The notes beneath the pieces are model-generated. The model worked only from the letters and a program-made list of their open reading frames with translations, searched no databases and was not told the origin of the DNA. The position numbers and the translations under genes were made by a program. From Calditrichales bacterium (GTDB taxonomy: Bacteria > Calditrichota > Calditrichia > Calditrichales > J004), in contig OZ254086.1 of assembly GCA_965267575.1 (NCBI GenBank), positions 1,344,001-1,408,000 on the forward strand: a stretch of 64,000 bases of DNA, written 5' to 3'. This document shows, in pieces, positions 1 to 9,524 of the stretch; position 1 is the first letter of the stretch, and each line of letters begins with the position of its first letter.

Positions 1-566
1 CCGTAAACCGCCATTTGCTGATTCCATAAATCGAGCTCTTTATCAATTAATCTTTTATCTTCAGAATTAAGCAGCCTGTTTTTTTGATTAACAACGCGTT
101 TGTAATTCTGTAGATTTATCAAATATTCTTTACTTACCTGTGATAACAGAATGTCTGCAAAACGTCTTCTTGACGACGGAACACCGTATGTGATGTCCAA
201 ATCTTCCAAAGAAAGGAGGGTCACGGGGATATAACCGATTAACTCCGAAAATGCTTTTATTTTTTGATTATTCAAAAAGGCGTGTTTGCCATCTTTAGAA
301 GAATAATAAAGTCTCAATTTGGTTGTACGGTCAACACCGTCAAAAAGGCTCCCTGTAATATCAAAAAAGCTGGCACTATTATTAACAGCCACTGCATCAT
401 TTCCGGATCTAAAGCTTTTTGTTATAGCCAGATAATAGATGGCCTCCAAAAGCGTGGTTTTACCCTGGGCGTTAAGTCCGTGAATAATGTTTACAGCAGG
501 GTGGAAATCAATTTCAATATTTTCAAAAAGTCGAAAATTTTTTAAAACTAATTTATTCAAAAACAT
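1..566 (-). CDS. recF: DNA replication/repair protein RecF (5' part; runs off the window)
   Basis: Not in the ORF track. Hand translation from ATG at 566 (TAATG overlap with the dnaN stop) gives MFLNKLVLKNFRLFENIEIDFHPAVNIIHGLNAQGKTTLLEAIYYLAITKSFR, with the RecF Walker A GxNAQGKT and KSFR. Canonical position after dnaN. Confidence 0.95.
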   Translation of the reverse strand, partial: MFLNKLVLKNFRLFENIEIDFHPAVNIIHGLNAQGKTTLLEAIYYLAITKSFRSGNDAVAVNNSASFFDITGSLFDGVDRTTKLRLYYSSKDGKHAFLNNQKIKAFSELIGYIPVTLLSLEDLDITYGVPSSRRRFADILLSQVSKEYLINLQNYKRVVNQKNRLLNSEDKRLIDKELDLWNQQMAVY

Positions 567-1681
567 TAATTTATGCGCACAGGCATAATTAACATAACAA
601 TGTTTAGACCGTTACTTTCTTCCTGTACAGGATAAACAAGTGCGGGTCCGTCAGCATCGTTTACTGTAAAACGGATTGAACTGGTATCCAAGTGTCGCAA
701 TAGATCTATCAGATAGTTTGCATTATAGGCTATATCCAGGGCATCGCCGGCATAATCACACTCTATCCGCTCATTAGCTTCTCCGCCAAAATCAATATCC
801 TGTGCTGAAACACTTACTATATTTGTGTTCAACCCGAGGCGTATTTGAGACGTAATAGGATTTGAAAAAAGCGAAACACGTTTGACGGAGGAAATAAAAT
901 TACTTCTTTCAATAACAAATTCTTTAGAAAATTCAGCCGGGATAACCCGTTCATAATCAGGATAAGGTTCATTTATTATACGTGAGTAAATCTTTGTTTC
1001 AGGAAGTTCAAACAGAACGTGGTTTTCGCTAAGAGTAAATACCTGATCGCCGTTTTCAGGAAGGTTGCGTGCAACAAAGTTGAGTGCTTTAGTCGGAATA
1101 ATTAAATCGCGCGTAAACCCGGAACCCTTAAATTCCGTATCGAGAATTTTTACAAGGCGATGGCCATCGGTCGCAACCATTCTGAATTCATTTTCAAGAA
1201 TCTGGCATAATACGCCTGTTAATGCCGGACGAAAATGATCGGTTGAACAAGCAAAAATTGTTTTTTCAATCATCTTTTTAAAATGATTGTTTGATATGCT
1301 TGTCTTTTGTTCGGTATCGACTTCAGGAGTAGAAGGAAAGTCAGACTTACTTTCTCCGGAAAGTTTATATTCTCCCAAATCGGATTTTATCAATATTTTA
1401 AGATTTGAATCAGCGGTGAATTCAATTTTAGTATTAGGCAGTTCCCGAATGATATCCATCAACAGTTTTCCGGGAATGGTAATTTCACCTTCCGTTTCAA
1501 CATCACAATCAGTCCAGGATATCTGTGTTATTTCGAGATCAGTTGCAGTTATTTGAAGACGACCGTCTTTTGCGGATAATAATACGTTATATAAAATATC
1601 AACGGTAGATTTAGTAGGAATTACATTTATTACCTTTTGAAGAGCTTTGTGAAAACCGTCGCGCGCAACTGTAAATTTCAT
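566..1681 (-). CDS. dnaN: DNA polymerase III beta sliding clamp
   Basis: 371 aa; ATDLE, ATDGHRL, YPDYERVIP and C-terminal LIMPVR motifs; GGAGG SD upstream. Confidence 0.98.
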   Translation of the reverse strand: MKFTVARDGFHKALQKVINVIPTKSTVDILYNVLLSAKDGRLQITATDLEITQISWTDCDVETEGEITIPGKLLMDIIRELPNTKIEFTADSNLKILIKSDLGEYKLSGESKSDFPSTPEVDTEQKTSISNNHFKKMIEKTIFACSTDHFRPALTGVLCQILENEFRMVATDGHRLVKILDTEFKGSGFTRDLIIPTKALNFVARNLPENGDQVFTLSENHVLFELPETKIYSRIINEPYPDYERVIPAEFSKEFVIERSNFISSVKRVSLFSNPITSQIRLGLNTNIVSVSAQDIDFGGEANERIECDYAGDALDIAYNANYLIDLLRHLDTSSIRFTVNDADGPALVYPVQEESNGLNIVMLIMPVRIN

Positions 1682-1710
1682 CGATCCTCCCTGTCCCTTA
1701 AAAACTTTCG

Positions 1711-1739
1711 AAATTAACCAAATAGTAGGAATAGGTCAA
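1711..1739 (-). promoter_or_regulatory. Putative sigma70 promoter of dnaN-recF
   Basis: Minus strand TTGACC-17 nt-TAATTT, about 30 nt upstream of the dnaN start. Confidence 0.55.
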
Positions 1740-1744
1740 GGTAA

Positions 1745-2060
1745 CAATTAGATGTCTTTTTATCATTATTAATATTAAGAATTTAATATATAATTCATTT
1801 TAGTAGTATATGATGTTGATATGTTTATAACCCTGCTTAAGACCCGAAAAATAAGAGAAGGATTAAAAAATAATTATGTGTATGAAAAAGCAAAATCAAT
1901 GGATAATACAATTTAAATCGAAGATTGAATTATGAAATTAATGCTTATTAACATGCAATAAAGATTTTGTACACATAGTTATTAACAACACATATAGATT
2001 AAATAAGCTGTTGTTTTTACTTATTTTGCAGTTAAAAAAATAAAAAAATACATATTTTGC
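1745..2060. other. oriC: Putative chromosomal replication origin (oriC)
   Basis: Very AT-rich gap between divergent dnaN and rpmH. Abutting DnaA-box-like pair at 1814-1830 (minus strand TTATAAACA-TATCAACA) is followed by an ACTACTA trio-like tract (1801-1807) and an AT-rich stretch. Further 2-mismatch boxes lie at 1877-1885, 1898-1906, 1945-1953, 1967-1975 and 1979-1987. Confidence 0.8.
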
Positions 2061-2118
2061 TTGCACAGATATTTTTTATTTAAATTATGAGTCTTTTACG
2101 AAAATAATTGGAGGTAAA

Positions 2119-2277
2119 ATGAAACGCACTTTTCAACCAAGCAATAGAAAGAGAAAAAATAAGCACGGGTTTAGGGAAAGAATGCAATCCAAAAACGGAC
2201 GTGCTGTTTTGGCCAGAAGACGCGCAAAGGGAAGAAAACGCCTGTCTGTTAGTGATGAATATAATAGGTCAGCCTAG
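2119..2277 (+). CDS. rpmH: 50S ribosomal protein L34
   Basis: Not in the ORF track. [52 protein letters not shown] (52 aa); GGAGG SD at 2110-2114. Confidence 0.98.
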   Translation: MKRTFQPSNRKRKNKHGFRERMQSKNGRAVLARRRAKGRKRLSVSDEYNRSA

Positions 2278-2596
2278 TATTTCGACAATTACTAAGAAAA
2301 ACGAAATTAGCCGAATATTTAAAGAGGGTAAAAAAGTACATACCGTATTTGGCCCGGTATTTTTATTAAAAACAAAAGATACCGATATGCGGACAGCTAT
2401 ACTTGTAAAAAGTAAAATAGGTAATGCCGTATACAGGAATAAACTAAAGAGACGCGTACGTCATTTTATAAGAACACATATCACCCTGTTTGATGAATAT
2501 AACAGGGTGATATTTTTATTAAGAGCAGATAAAGAAAATTCTGCTTCTTATAAAAATATAAAAAAAGAATTTGAGTTAAGGCTTCATTTAGGATGA
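2255..2596 (+). CDS. rnpA: Ribonuclease P protein component
   Basis: RNR motif [16 protein letters not shown]; lies between rpmH and yidD; start placed at ATG 2255. Confidence 0.9.
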   Translation: MNIIGQPSISTITKKNEISRIFKEGKKVHTVFGPVFLLKTKDTDMRTAILVKSKIGNAVYRNKLKRRVRHFIRTHITLFDEYNRVIFLLRADKENSASYKNIKKEFELRLHLG

Positions 2597-2826
2597 AAGT
2601 CCTTTTGTTAATTATTCGCCTGTATCAAAAATGGATATCTCCATTATTCCCGCCTTCTTGTCGTTTTTATCCGACTTGCAGTGAGTATGCTTACCAATCA
2701 CTTAAAGTGCATGGTTTTTTTAAGGGTAGCTGGTATTCTGTAATCAGGATTTTGAAATGTCATCCGTTTCATCCGGGCGGTTTTGATCCCGTAAAGGAAA
2801 AAAAGGAAGTTTTGAAAAATGGATAA
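2593..2826 (+). CDS. yidD: Membrane protein insertion efficiency factor
   Basis: [10 protein letters not shown] and [12 protein letters not shown] motifs. Confidence 0.96.
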   Translation: MKVLLLIIRLYQKWISPLFPPSCRFYPTCSEYAYQSLKVHGFFKGSWYSVIRILKCHPFHPGGFDPVKEKKEVLKNG

Positions 2827-4588
2827 AAAGTCACTCATCGCAATGTTGTTTATTGCGGTCATTCTGATATTGATGCCCTATTATAATGAATATATCCTGG
2901 GCGTTAAACCACAAGAGGAAACGCAGCAACAGAGTGCCGCGGATACAACTGCTATTAATGATACTGTTATTTCAGAGGTTACACAGCCGGAAACTGAATT
3001 GCCCGTAGCAGATGAAAATATCAGGCAAAAGGAGGTTATCAACGATTCCTTGAAGAGAATCATTGTTATAAATACTGAAAATTATAGCGCTGAGTTTTCT
3101 AATATAGGTGGAGGCAGTCTAAAGAATTTTGTTCTGAATGATTACATCAAATATGATTCCACGCAGGTAAATATGATAAGCGAGGAATTACAAAATGGGA
3201 TCACTGTTTCATTTCAGGATGTTAGTGGAAAATATATATCATTAGAAGATTTTGTTTTTAAAGTAAATGAAGATAGAGAAGAAGTAGAAATCAAGCCAGG
3301 TGAAAAATACGTTTTAAAGTATAGCTATAACTATAACGGAAGCCTAATTGAAAAGACGTTTATTTTTTATGGCAGCACATATCATTTTGATTTTGTGGTT
3401 TCCTTTTCTGAGCCGGATGAAGTACTCTTAAATAGGCAATACCAGGTTAACTGGGTTAACGGCCTTCCCTCGACAGAAACATATTTGGCTGATGATAATG
3501 AATATAAATTGGCAATCGCTTATATGGCCGATGAGTTGGTGGATTTTAAAGTAAGCGAAGCCGGTGAAACAGAAAGGCAAAGTCTATCCGGTACGGCTGA
3601 ATGGATAGCACTGCGCACGAAGTACTTTATTTCCAGTATCTCCAATAAAAATGCCAATGTTTCTGAAGGTGTTTATTTTGAAGGATTTGGTATAGAGTTT
3701 CCTGATTTTATTAAAAGGATTTATAACGCTGGCTATTATGTCAATTATGAAGGAAAGCCGGATAGTTTTATGGTCTATATTGGTCCTTTGGATCATAGGC
3801 AGCTGGGTCAGTATTCCAATCACCTTGATGAAATGATCATGAACAATGGTTGGTATGAGAGGCTGTTCCGGCCAATTAGCCTTTTGATTTTGCCGATTCT
3901 TGAGTTTCTGTATTCCTTTATTCCTAATTACGGGATAGTAATAATAATTTTTTCGATAATTATTAAGCTTGTTCTTTATCCATTGACCAAAAAGAGCTAC
4001 CACTCAATGAAAAAGATGCAGGTGGTTCAACCTAAAATGGCCGAGCTGCGGGAAAAATATAAAGGTGATCCGCAACGCCTTAATAAAGAAATGATGAAGA
4101 TGTACCAGGAGTACGGTGTTAATCCTTTAGGTGGTTGTTTGCCGATGCTGCTGCAGATGCCTTTGCTTATCGCGCTATTTATTGTATTCAGAAGTACAAT
4201 TCAGTTGCGGGGTGCAGGTTTCATCCCGGGGTGGATTCCGGATCTATCGCAAACGGATACACTTTTTACACTGCCTTTTTCATTACCGTTTTACGGAAAT
4301 GAGTTTAACCTTCTTCCCGTATTAATGGCGTTAACGATGTTTTTTCAAACCAAAATGACCATGCAGGATCCAAAGCAAAAGGCCATAGCTTATATCATGC
4401 CGATATTCATGCTGGCTATATTTAACAGATTTCCTGCAGGATTAAACCTTTATTATACAATGTTTAATCTGCTTACGATTATTCAGCAAAAGTTTATTCA
4501 CGTTGATGCAGAGAAAAAGGACAGCGGCGGCAAAAAAGGACTTGCTCCCGGAAAGAGCAATAAAAAACCAGGGAATAGAAAAAGATAA
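2819..4588 (+). CDS. yidC: Membrane protein insertase YidC
   Basis: N-terminal TM, large periplasmic domain, [16 protein letters not shown] and FPAGLNLYY motifs. Confidence 0.97.
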   Translation: MDKKSLIAMLFIAVILILMPYYNEYILGVKPQEETQQQSAADTTAINDTVISEVTQPETELPVADENIRQKEVINDSLKRIIVINTENYSAEFSNIGGGSLKNFVLNDYIKYDSTQVNMISEELQNGITVSFQDVSGKYISLEDFVFKVNEDREEVEIKPGEKYVLKYSYNYNGSLIEKTFIFYGSTYHFDFVVSFSEPDEVLLNRQYQVNWVNGLPSTETYLADDNEYKLAIAYMADELVDFKVSEAGETERQSLSGTAEWIALRTKYFISSISNKNANVSEGVYFEGFGIEFPDFIKRIYNAGYYVNYEGKPDSFMVYIGPLDHRQLGQYSNHLDEMIMNNGWYERLFRPISLLILPILEFLYSFIPNYGIVIIIFSIIIKLVLYPLTKKSYHSMKKMQVVQPKMAELREKYKGDPQRLNKEMMKMYQEYGVNPLGGCLPMLLQMPLLIALFIVFRSTIQLRGAGFIPGWIPDLSQTDTLFTLPFSLPFYGNEFNLLPVLMALTMFFQTKMTMQDPKQKAIAYIMPIFMLAIFNRFPAGLNLYYTMFNLLTIIQQKFIHVDAEKKDSGGKKGLAPGKSNKKPGNRKR

Positions 4589-4616
4589 AAGACAGCTCTG
4601 TTAAAAAGAGCTTTAC

Positions 4617-6008
4617 ATGACCGCAATCACGAAAGAAACCGACACCATAATCGCTCCGCTTACTTCGACAGGGGGCGGTACGGTGGCATTAATACGAATA
4701 TCCGGGCCTGATGCTATTACCATCTGTGCCCGTTTTTTTAAGCCTCATAATTTGCTTGATAGTGAAGGAGGGCGCTTTTTTTATGGTCGCCTGATCAAAC
4801 CCGATAAGGCGATTGTAGATGAAGTATTGGTATATGTTTTTAAATCGCCAAATTCCTTTACGGGTGAGGATGTAATTGAAATAAGCTGCCATAATAATAT
4901 CTTTATCCTGGAAGATATTATTCAAATGCTTGTTGACGCCGGATGCAGGCTGGCTGAACCGGGAGAGTTTTCCAAGCGGGCTTTTCTAAATAATAAAATA
5001 GATTTGGTTCAGGCTGAAGCTATCGCTGATCTGATTGCGGCAAAATCCAGGGCGAGCACGCGAAATTCTCTTAAAATGCTTGAAGGTCGCCTTTCCAATG
5101 AGCTAAAAATGCTTAAGGAAAAGCTTATTAAAGCAGCGTCGATGTTGGAACTAGAACTAGATTTTAGCGAGGAAGATCTCGAAATCATCCCGGATGAAGA
5201 ATTACTTAAGATTCTGGATGGGATTATTTCTTTTACGAGGAAATTACAATCGAGCTATAAAAACAGTAGAATGCTTCATAAAGGCGCAGAAGTACTTATT
5301 GCCGGAAAACCAAATGTTGGAAAGTCCAGCTTGATGAATGCGCTCTTAAACAAGGACCGCGTTATCGTTTCAAGCATTCCCGGTACGACGCGTGATCTAA
5401 TACATGAAGACATTTTGATGGATGATGTTCTTGTCCGGCTTATAGACACAGCCGGAATCCGGTTTACTGAGGATGAAATTGAAGCTGAAGGAGTAAACAG
5501 AGCAAAAAGCCTTCTGCATGATTCTGATATGGTACTTTTTCTAATAGACCTGTCTGATGAAGTAAGTGCCGATGAAAAGGAAATGCTTGAAAGTCTGCTT
5601 AATCATGTTGGCGAACACGTCATTCTGGTAGGGAATAAAACAGATTTAAAGCATCACCCGCAGAGCAGAGACTTTTACGGTAAAACAAAAGCGCACAAGG
5701 TAAATATATCGGCCCATGACGGGGAGGGCCTTGACGGCCTAAAAAAGCTGATCACCAATACGGTTAAGAAGTCTTTTACCCAATCTCAAGAGGATATTCT
5801 CATTACAAATCAGCGCCAGTTCAACGTATTGGGTCGTGTTGAAAAAGGGTTGGCACAAGCAAAAGAAGCCTTGAATTCAAAAATGAGTTCCGAGTTTATA
5901 GCGATTCACATACGCGATGCTATAGACGCTTTGTCCGAGCTGACAGGTGTTATTAGCACAGATGACATTTTAAATTCAATATTTAAGGGTTTTTGTATCG
6001 GCAAATAA
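4617..6008 (+). CDS. mnmE: tRNA modification GTPase MnmE
   Basis: GKPNVGKSS, PGTTRD, DTAG, NKTD and C-terminal FCIGK. Confidence 0.98.
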   Translation: MTAITKETDTIIAPLTSTGGGTVALIRISGPDAITICARFFKPHNLLDSEGGRFFYGRLIKPDKAIVDEVLVYVFKSPNSFTGEDVIEISCHNNIFILEDIIQMLVDAGCRLAEPGEFSKRAFLNNKIDLVQAEAIADLIAAKSRASTRNSLKMLEGRLSNELKMLKEKLIKAASMLELELDFSEEDLEIIPDEELLKILDGIISFTRKLQSSYKNSRMLHKGAEVLIAGKPNVGKSSLMNALLNKDRVIVSSIPGTTRDLIHEDILMDDVLVRLIDTAGIRFTEDEIEAEGVNRAKSLLHDSDMVLFLIDLSDEVSADEKEMLESLLNHVGEHVILVGNKTDLKHHPQSRDFYGKTKAHKVNISAHDGEGLDGLKKLITNTVKKSFTQSQEDILITNQRQFNVLGRVEKGLAQAKEALNSKMSSEFIAIHIRDAIDALSELTGVISTDDILNSIFKGFCIGK

Positions 6009-6017
6009 GCGCCGAAT

Positions 6018-6033
6018 AGTTCCACGTGAAACA
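6018..6033. promoter_or_regulatory. parS: parS centromere-like site
   Basis: AGTTCCACGTGAAACA against consensus TGTTNCACGTGAAACA (1 mismatch); intergenic between mnmE and mnmG. Confidence 0.85.
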
Positions 6034-6044
6034 TATAATGATTT

Positions 6045-7937
6045 ATGAACAGATATTTTGATATAGCCGTGGTTGGCGGCGGACATGCCGGAATTGAAGC
6101 AGCGCTTGTTGCTGCCAATATGGGTCTTAGGACTGCTTTGATTTCTCTTGAGGCCAATAAAATTGGACTGATGTCCTGTAATCCTGCTATCGGAGGCTTG
6201 GCCAAAGGTCAGTTGGTTCGGGAAATAGATGCCCTTGGTGGCTACATGGGCAAAATAATAGACAGGGCAGGCATTCATTTTAAGATGCTAAACATGTCCA
6301 AGGGTCCGGCAGTGCAATCTCCGAGGGCCCAGGCCGACCGTAAAATGTATGCCTCTGTGGCGCAGGATTTTATCCGCCAAAATACGAATATTACGATAAT
6401 TGAAGACATGGCTACGGCTCTTTCCGTTGATGGCGAAACGGTCGACGCTGTTTTGCTTGAGAAGGGCGGGTGGTTGCCGGTGAAGGCGGCGGTGATAACG
6501 GCGGGTACGTTCTTAAACGGCATTATCCATGTTGGAACCCAGCATATGGCTGCGGGCAGGGCAGGGGAGTTGCCCGCCAGAGGCATAACCGAATCGCTGA
6601 TTGAGCTGGGTTTTCGATCGGGGCGACTTAAAACCGGAACACCCCCGCGCATTGATCGGCGTAGTATTGATTACTCGAAGCTGGAAAAGCAGGCAGCGGA
6701 CGAATCGCCCACACCATTCTCTTTCTCAAACGAGCAAATAAAGCAAAAACAGATTGATTGCTATATTACTTATACCAACGGCAAAACCCATGATATTTTG
6801 CGCGAGGGCTTTAGCCGTTCTCCCATGTTTACCGGCAGAATCAAAGCCATCGGACCGCGGTATTGTCCCTCTATTGAGGATAAAATAGACCGTTTCGCTG
6901 ACAAGCTGCGTCATCAAATCTTCCTGGAGCCGGAGGGCTACATCAATAATGAGGTGTATGTGAACGGTTTTTCCACCAGCTTGCCAGGCGAAATTCAGGA
7001 GCGCGCATTGCGTACCGTGGCCGGCCTGGAGAAAGCACATATATTAAGATTGGGTTATGCCGTAGAATATGACTTTTTTCCGCCGGATCAACTCAAAGCT
7101 TCGCTCGAAACAAAAATGGTTTCAAACCTCTTTTTTGCCGGACAAATAAACGGTACCTCCGGATACGAGGAAGCAGCAGCCCAGGGATTTATGGCTGGCC
7201 TTAACGCTGCGTTAAAGCTAAAGGGCGAAAAAAGGCCGTTCATATTAAAAAGATCGGAAGCTTATATCGGCGTGCTGGTGGATGATTTAATAAATAAAAT
7301 CCATGAAGAGCCGTACCGCATGTTTACCTCGCGGGCTGAGTTTAGGCTTATTCTTCGTCAGGACAATGCGGATCTCAGGCTAATGGCCTATGGCAGGGAA
7401 TTTGGACTTATCGATGATAAAACCTGGTCACGATTTAACAAGCGCGTAGCTGACATAGAGGCAATCAAAGAAAAAGAGCTGAACAAAAAAGTTGACCCTG
7501 CGATATTTAATGAGAGCTTTGAGGGTAAGAGTTCTCCTTTGGCGCACGCACAGACCGTAAAGCAATTAATAAAACGGCCGGAGTTGAAGTTAGCCGATTT
7601 GCTGGACCTTGTAAGCGATGAAAAATATATCGAATCTTCCGTAAAGGAGGTCGAATACGAAATAAAATACAGTGGTTACCTCGACAGACAACAGGCTTTG
7701 CTCGACAAATTTAACAAGATGGAATCCCAAAAAGTCCCGAATGATATTGATTACTATGCAATAACGGCTCTTTCCGCTGAAGCCAGGGAAAAGCTTGCGG
7801 CCATCCGGCCGGCTAATCTTGGTCAGACTTCCAGGGTTACCGGAGTAACCCCGGCCGATATTTCGGTATTGTTAATATATATCGAAAAGAGAAATTCATC
7901 GCGTAGCGTTTCACGTGAAACAGTTGATGCACGCTGA
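6045..7937 (+). CDS. mnmG: tRNA uridine 5-carboxymethylaminomethyl modification enzyme MnmG (GidA)
   Basis: GGGHAGIEAA, MSCNPAIGG, GPRYCPSIEDK and AGQINGTSGYEEAAAQG motifs. Confidence 0.98.
   Translation: MNRYFDIAVVGGGHAGIEAALVAANMGLRTALISLEANKIGLMSCNPAIGGLAKGQLVREIDALGGYMGKIIDRAGIHFKMLNMSKGPAVQSPRAQADRKMYASVAQDFIRQNTNITIIEDMATALSVDGETVDAVLLEKGGWLPVKAAVITAGTFLNGIIHVGTQHMAAGRAGELPARGITESLIELGFRSGRLKTGTPPRIDRRSIDYSKLEKQAADESPTPFSFSNEQIKQKQIDCYITYTNGKTHDILREGFSRSPMFTGRIKAIGPRYCPSIEDKIDRFADKLRHQIFLEPEGYINNEVYVNGFSTSLPGEIQERALRTVAGLEKAHILRLGYAVEYDFFPPDQLKASLETKMVSNLFFAGQINGTSGYEEAAAQGFMAGLNAALKLKGEKRPFILKRSEAYIGVLVDDLINKIHEEPYRMFTSRAEFRLILRQDNADLRLMAYGREFGLIDDKTWSRFNKRVADIEAIKEKELNKKVDPAIFNESFEGKSSPLAHAQTVKQLIKRPELKLADLLDLVSDEKYIESSVKEVEYEIKYSGYLDRQQALLDKFNKMESQKVPNDIDYYAITALSAEAREKLAAIRPANLGQTSRVTGVTPADISVLLIYIEKRNSSRSVSRETVDAR
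7907..7922. promoter_or_regulatory. parS: parS centromere-like site inside the mnmG 3' end
   Basis: CGTTTCACGTGAAACA (1 mismatch to consensus); encodes VSRET in MnmG. Confidence 0.85.
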
Positions 7938-8577
7938 GCGGTTTTTCGAATTCCTGATAGATCAGGGGATAGAAATTACTCAGGGGCAGGCGGAATCAAT
8001 CCTGGTTTTCAAGAGAGAGTTGGAGTTAAATGCCCGTCTACACAGGTTTATTAGCCACAGCGACGTCGACCGTATAATCGAAAACCATTTGAGCGCCTCG
8101 TTCTATTTTGTAAAGCAGTTTCAAGCCTATTCTTCAGAACGGCTAAAATATGCCGATTTTGGCACCGGTGCAGGACTGCCCGGTTTTGTGGTTACCATCA
8201 TGTTCCCACAATGGGACTGCCGGTTAATTGACAGCAATAAGAAAAAGATCAACTTTCTTAAAAGAGTTGCCGCGTTAACGCCTAAAAAGCTTTCTAATGG
8301 TTTTCTGGACTGCCGTATTGAGGCACTGGGCTCAGAAACCGGATATAATTTAATTTCTGCCCGGGCCTTAACTTCGCTTGAAAATCTGGCTTCGATGGCG
8401 CAACGCTACTTGTTGCCGGGAGGCGAACTGCACACATTAAAGGGCGCCGAAAGCTACAAAGAGGAAGCTTCACAAGAGACGATTAAAAATATTGCCATAA
8501 CGCCTGTGGACAAGGAGTGGTCGGACGAGTTCCCAAAACTGAAAGACAAGGTTTACATAAGGATATTTAGGAAATGA
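7927..8577 (+). CDS. rsmG: 16S rRNA m7G527 methyltransferase RsmG (GidB)
   Basis: DFGTGAGLPG, IDSNKKKINFL and SARA motifs; follows mnmG; start uncertain (7915 GTG or 7927 ATG). Confidence 0.9.
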   Translation: MHAERFFEFLIDQGIEITQGQAESILVFKRELELNARLHRFISHSDVDRIIENHLSASFYFVKQFQAYSSERLKYADFGTGAGLPGFVVTIMFPQWDCRLIDSNKKKINFLKRVAALTPKKLSNGFLDCRIEALGSETGYNLISARALTSLENLASMAQRYLLPGGELHTLKGAESYKEEASQETIKNIAITPVDKEWSDEFPKLKDKVYIRIFRK

Positions 8578-9503
8578 ATGAAAACAGCATCTTTAATGAG
8601 CTTTCTCTGCTCGTAACAGAAAAGAGAAATCCTAATTCGGAAAGAATTGACGAACTGGATAGCGCCGGTATTCTTAAGGTTATTAATACGGAGGATCATC
8701 TTGTTGCCCAAGCAGTAAAGCAGGAAATTCCTTACATAGCCCGGGCCGTAGACGTTATAACCGAGCAGTTCAAAAAAGGTGGCCGTCTCGTTTATGTCGG
8801 TGCCGGGACATCCGGCAGGTTGGGTGTGCTTGATGCATCAGAGTGTCCTCCGACATTTGGCGTGCCGAATGGTATGGTTGTTGGTTTGATTGCCGGCGGA
8901 TACGAAGCTTTACGTAAGGCTGTGGAGGGATACGAGGATTATAAGGAAAACGGCGCCAAAGATGTTGATTCAGTTAACCTTACCGACAAAGATGTACTTT
9001 GCGGAATAGCCGCCAGTAAAAGGACGCCATACGTTATCGGCGCGATTGAAGAGGCTAAAAAAAGAAAAGCCAAGACGATTGTTGTTGTCTGCAATCCGCG
9101 CGAGCAGGTAAACTATGATGTCGACATCGCCATATGTCCTGTGCCCGGGCCGGAAGTGGTAATGGGTTCCACCAGGATGAAAGCAGGCACCGCCCAGAAA
9201 ATGGTCCTGAATATGCTTACTACGGCATCCATGATAAAACTGGGCAAAGTCTACCAAAACATGATGATTGACCTGCAGCAGAACAACAAAAAGCTCGTGG
9301 AGCGCTCCAAGAAAATTATTATGATGGCCTGCGACTGTGACTATAAGGAAGCTTCTGAATTGCTCGCCGCATCAAACGGACATGTTAAAACCGCCATATT
9401 TATGGGATTGACAGAGGCAACGGCCGAAACAGCAAGGAAATTAATCAATGAACATGACGGCTTTCTGAAAAAGGCTGTTCAATCTTACTTGTCAAAAAGC
9501 TAA
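8574..9503 (+). CDS. murQ: N-acetylmuramic acid 6-phosphate etherase
   Basis: TEKRNP, GAGTSGRLGVLDASECPPTFG and GSTRMKAGTAQK motifs. Confidence 0.97.
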   Translation: MNENSIFNELSLLVTEKRNPNSERIDELDSAGILKVINTEDHLVAQAVKQEIPYIARAVDVITEQFKKGGRLVYVGAGTSGRLGVLDASECPPTFGVPNGMVVGLIAGGYEALRKAVEGYEDYKENGAKDVDSVNLTDKDVLCGIAASKRTPYVIGAIEEAKKRKAKTIVVVCNPREQVNYDVDIAICPVPGPEVVMGSTRMKAGTAQKMVLNMLTTASMIKLGKVYQNMMIDLQQNNKKLVERSKKIIMMACDCDYKEASELLAASNGHVKTAIFMGLTEATAETARKLINEHDGFLKKAVQSYLSKS

Positions 9504-9524
9504 ACCGCTGTTTTTAAATAACTT

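Noticed and set aside
264-545. 93-aa plus-strand ORF
   Set aside because: It is antisense to recF, which the track missed because recF runs off the window.
2201-2254. Upstream GTG start of rnpA
   Set aside because: It overlaps the core of rpmH and the extension is not RnpA-like.
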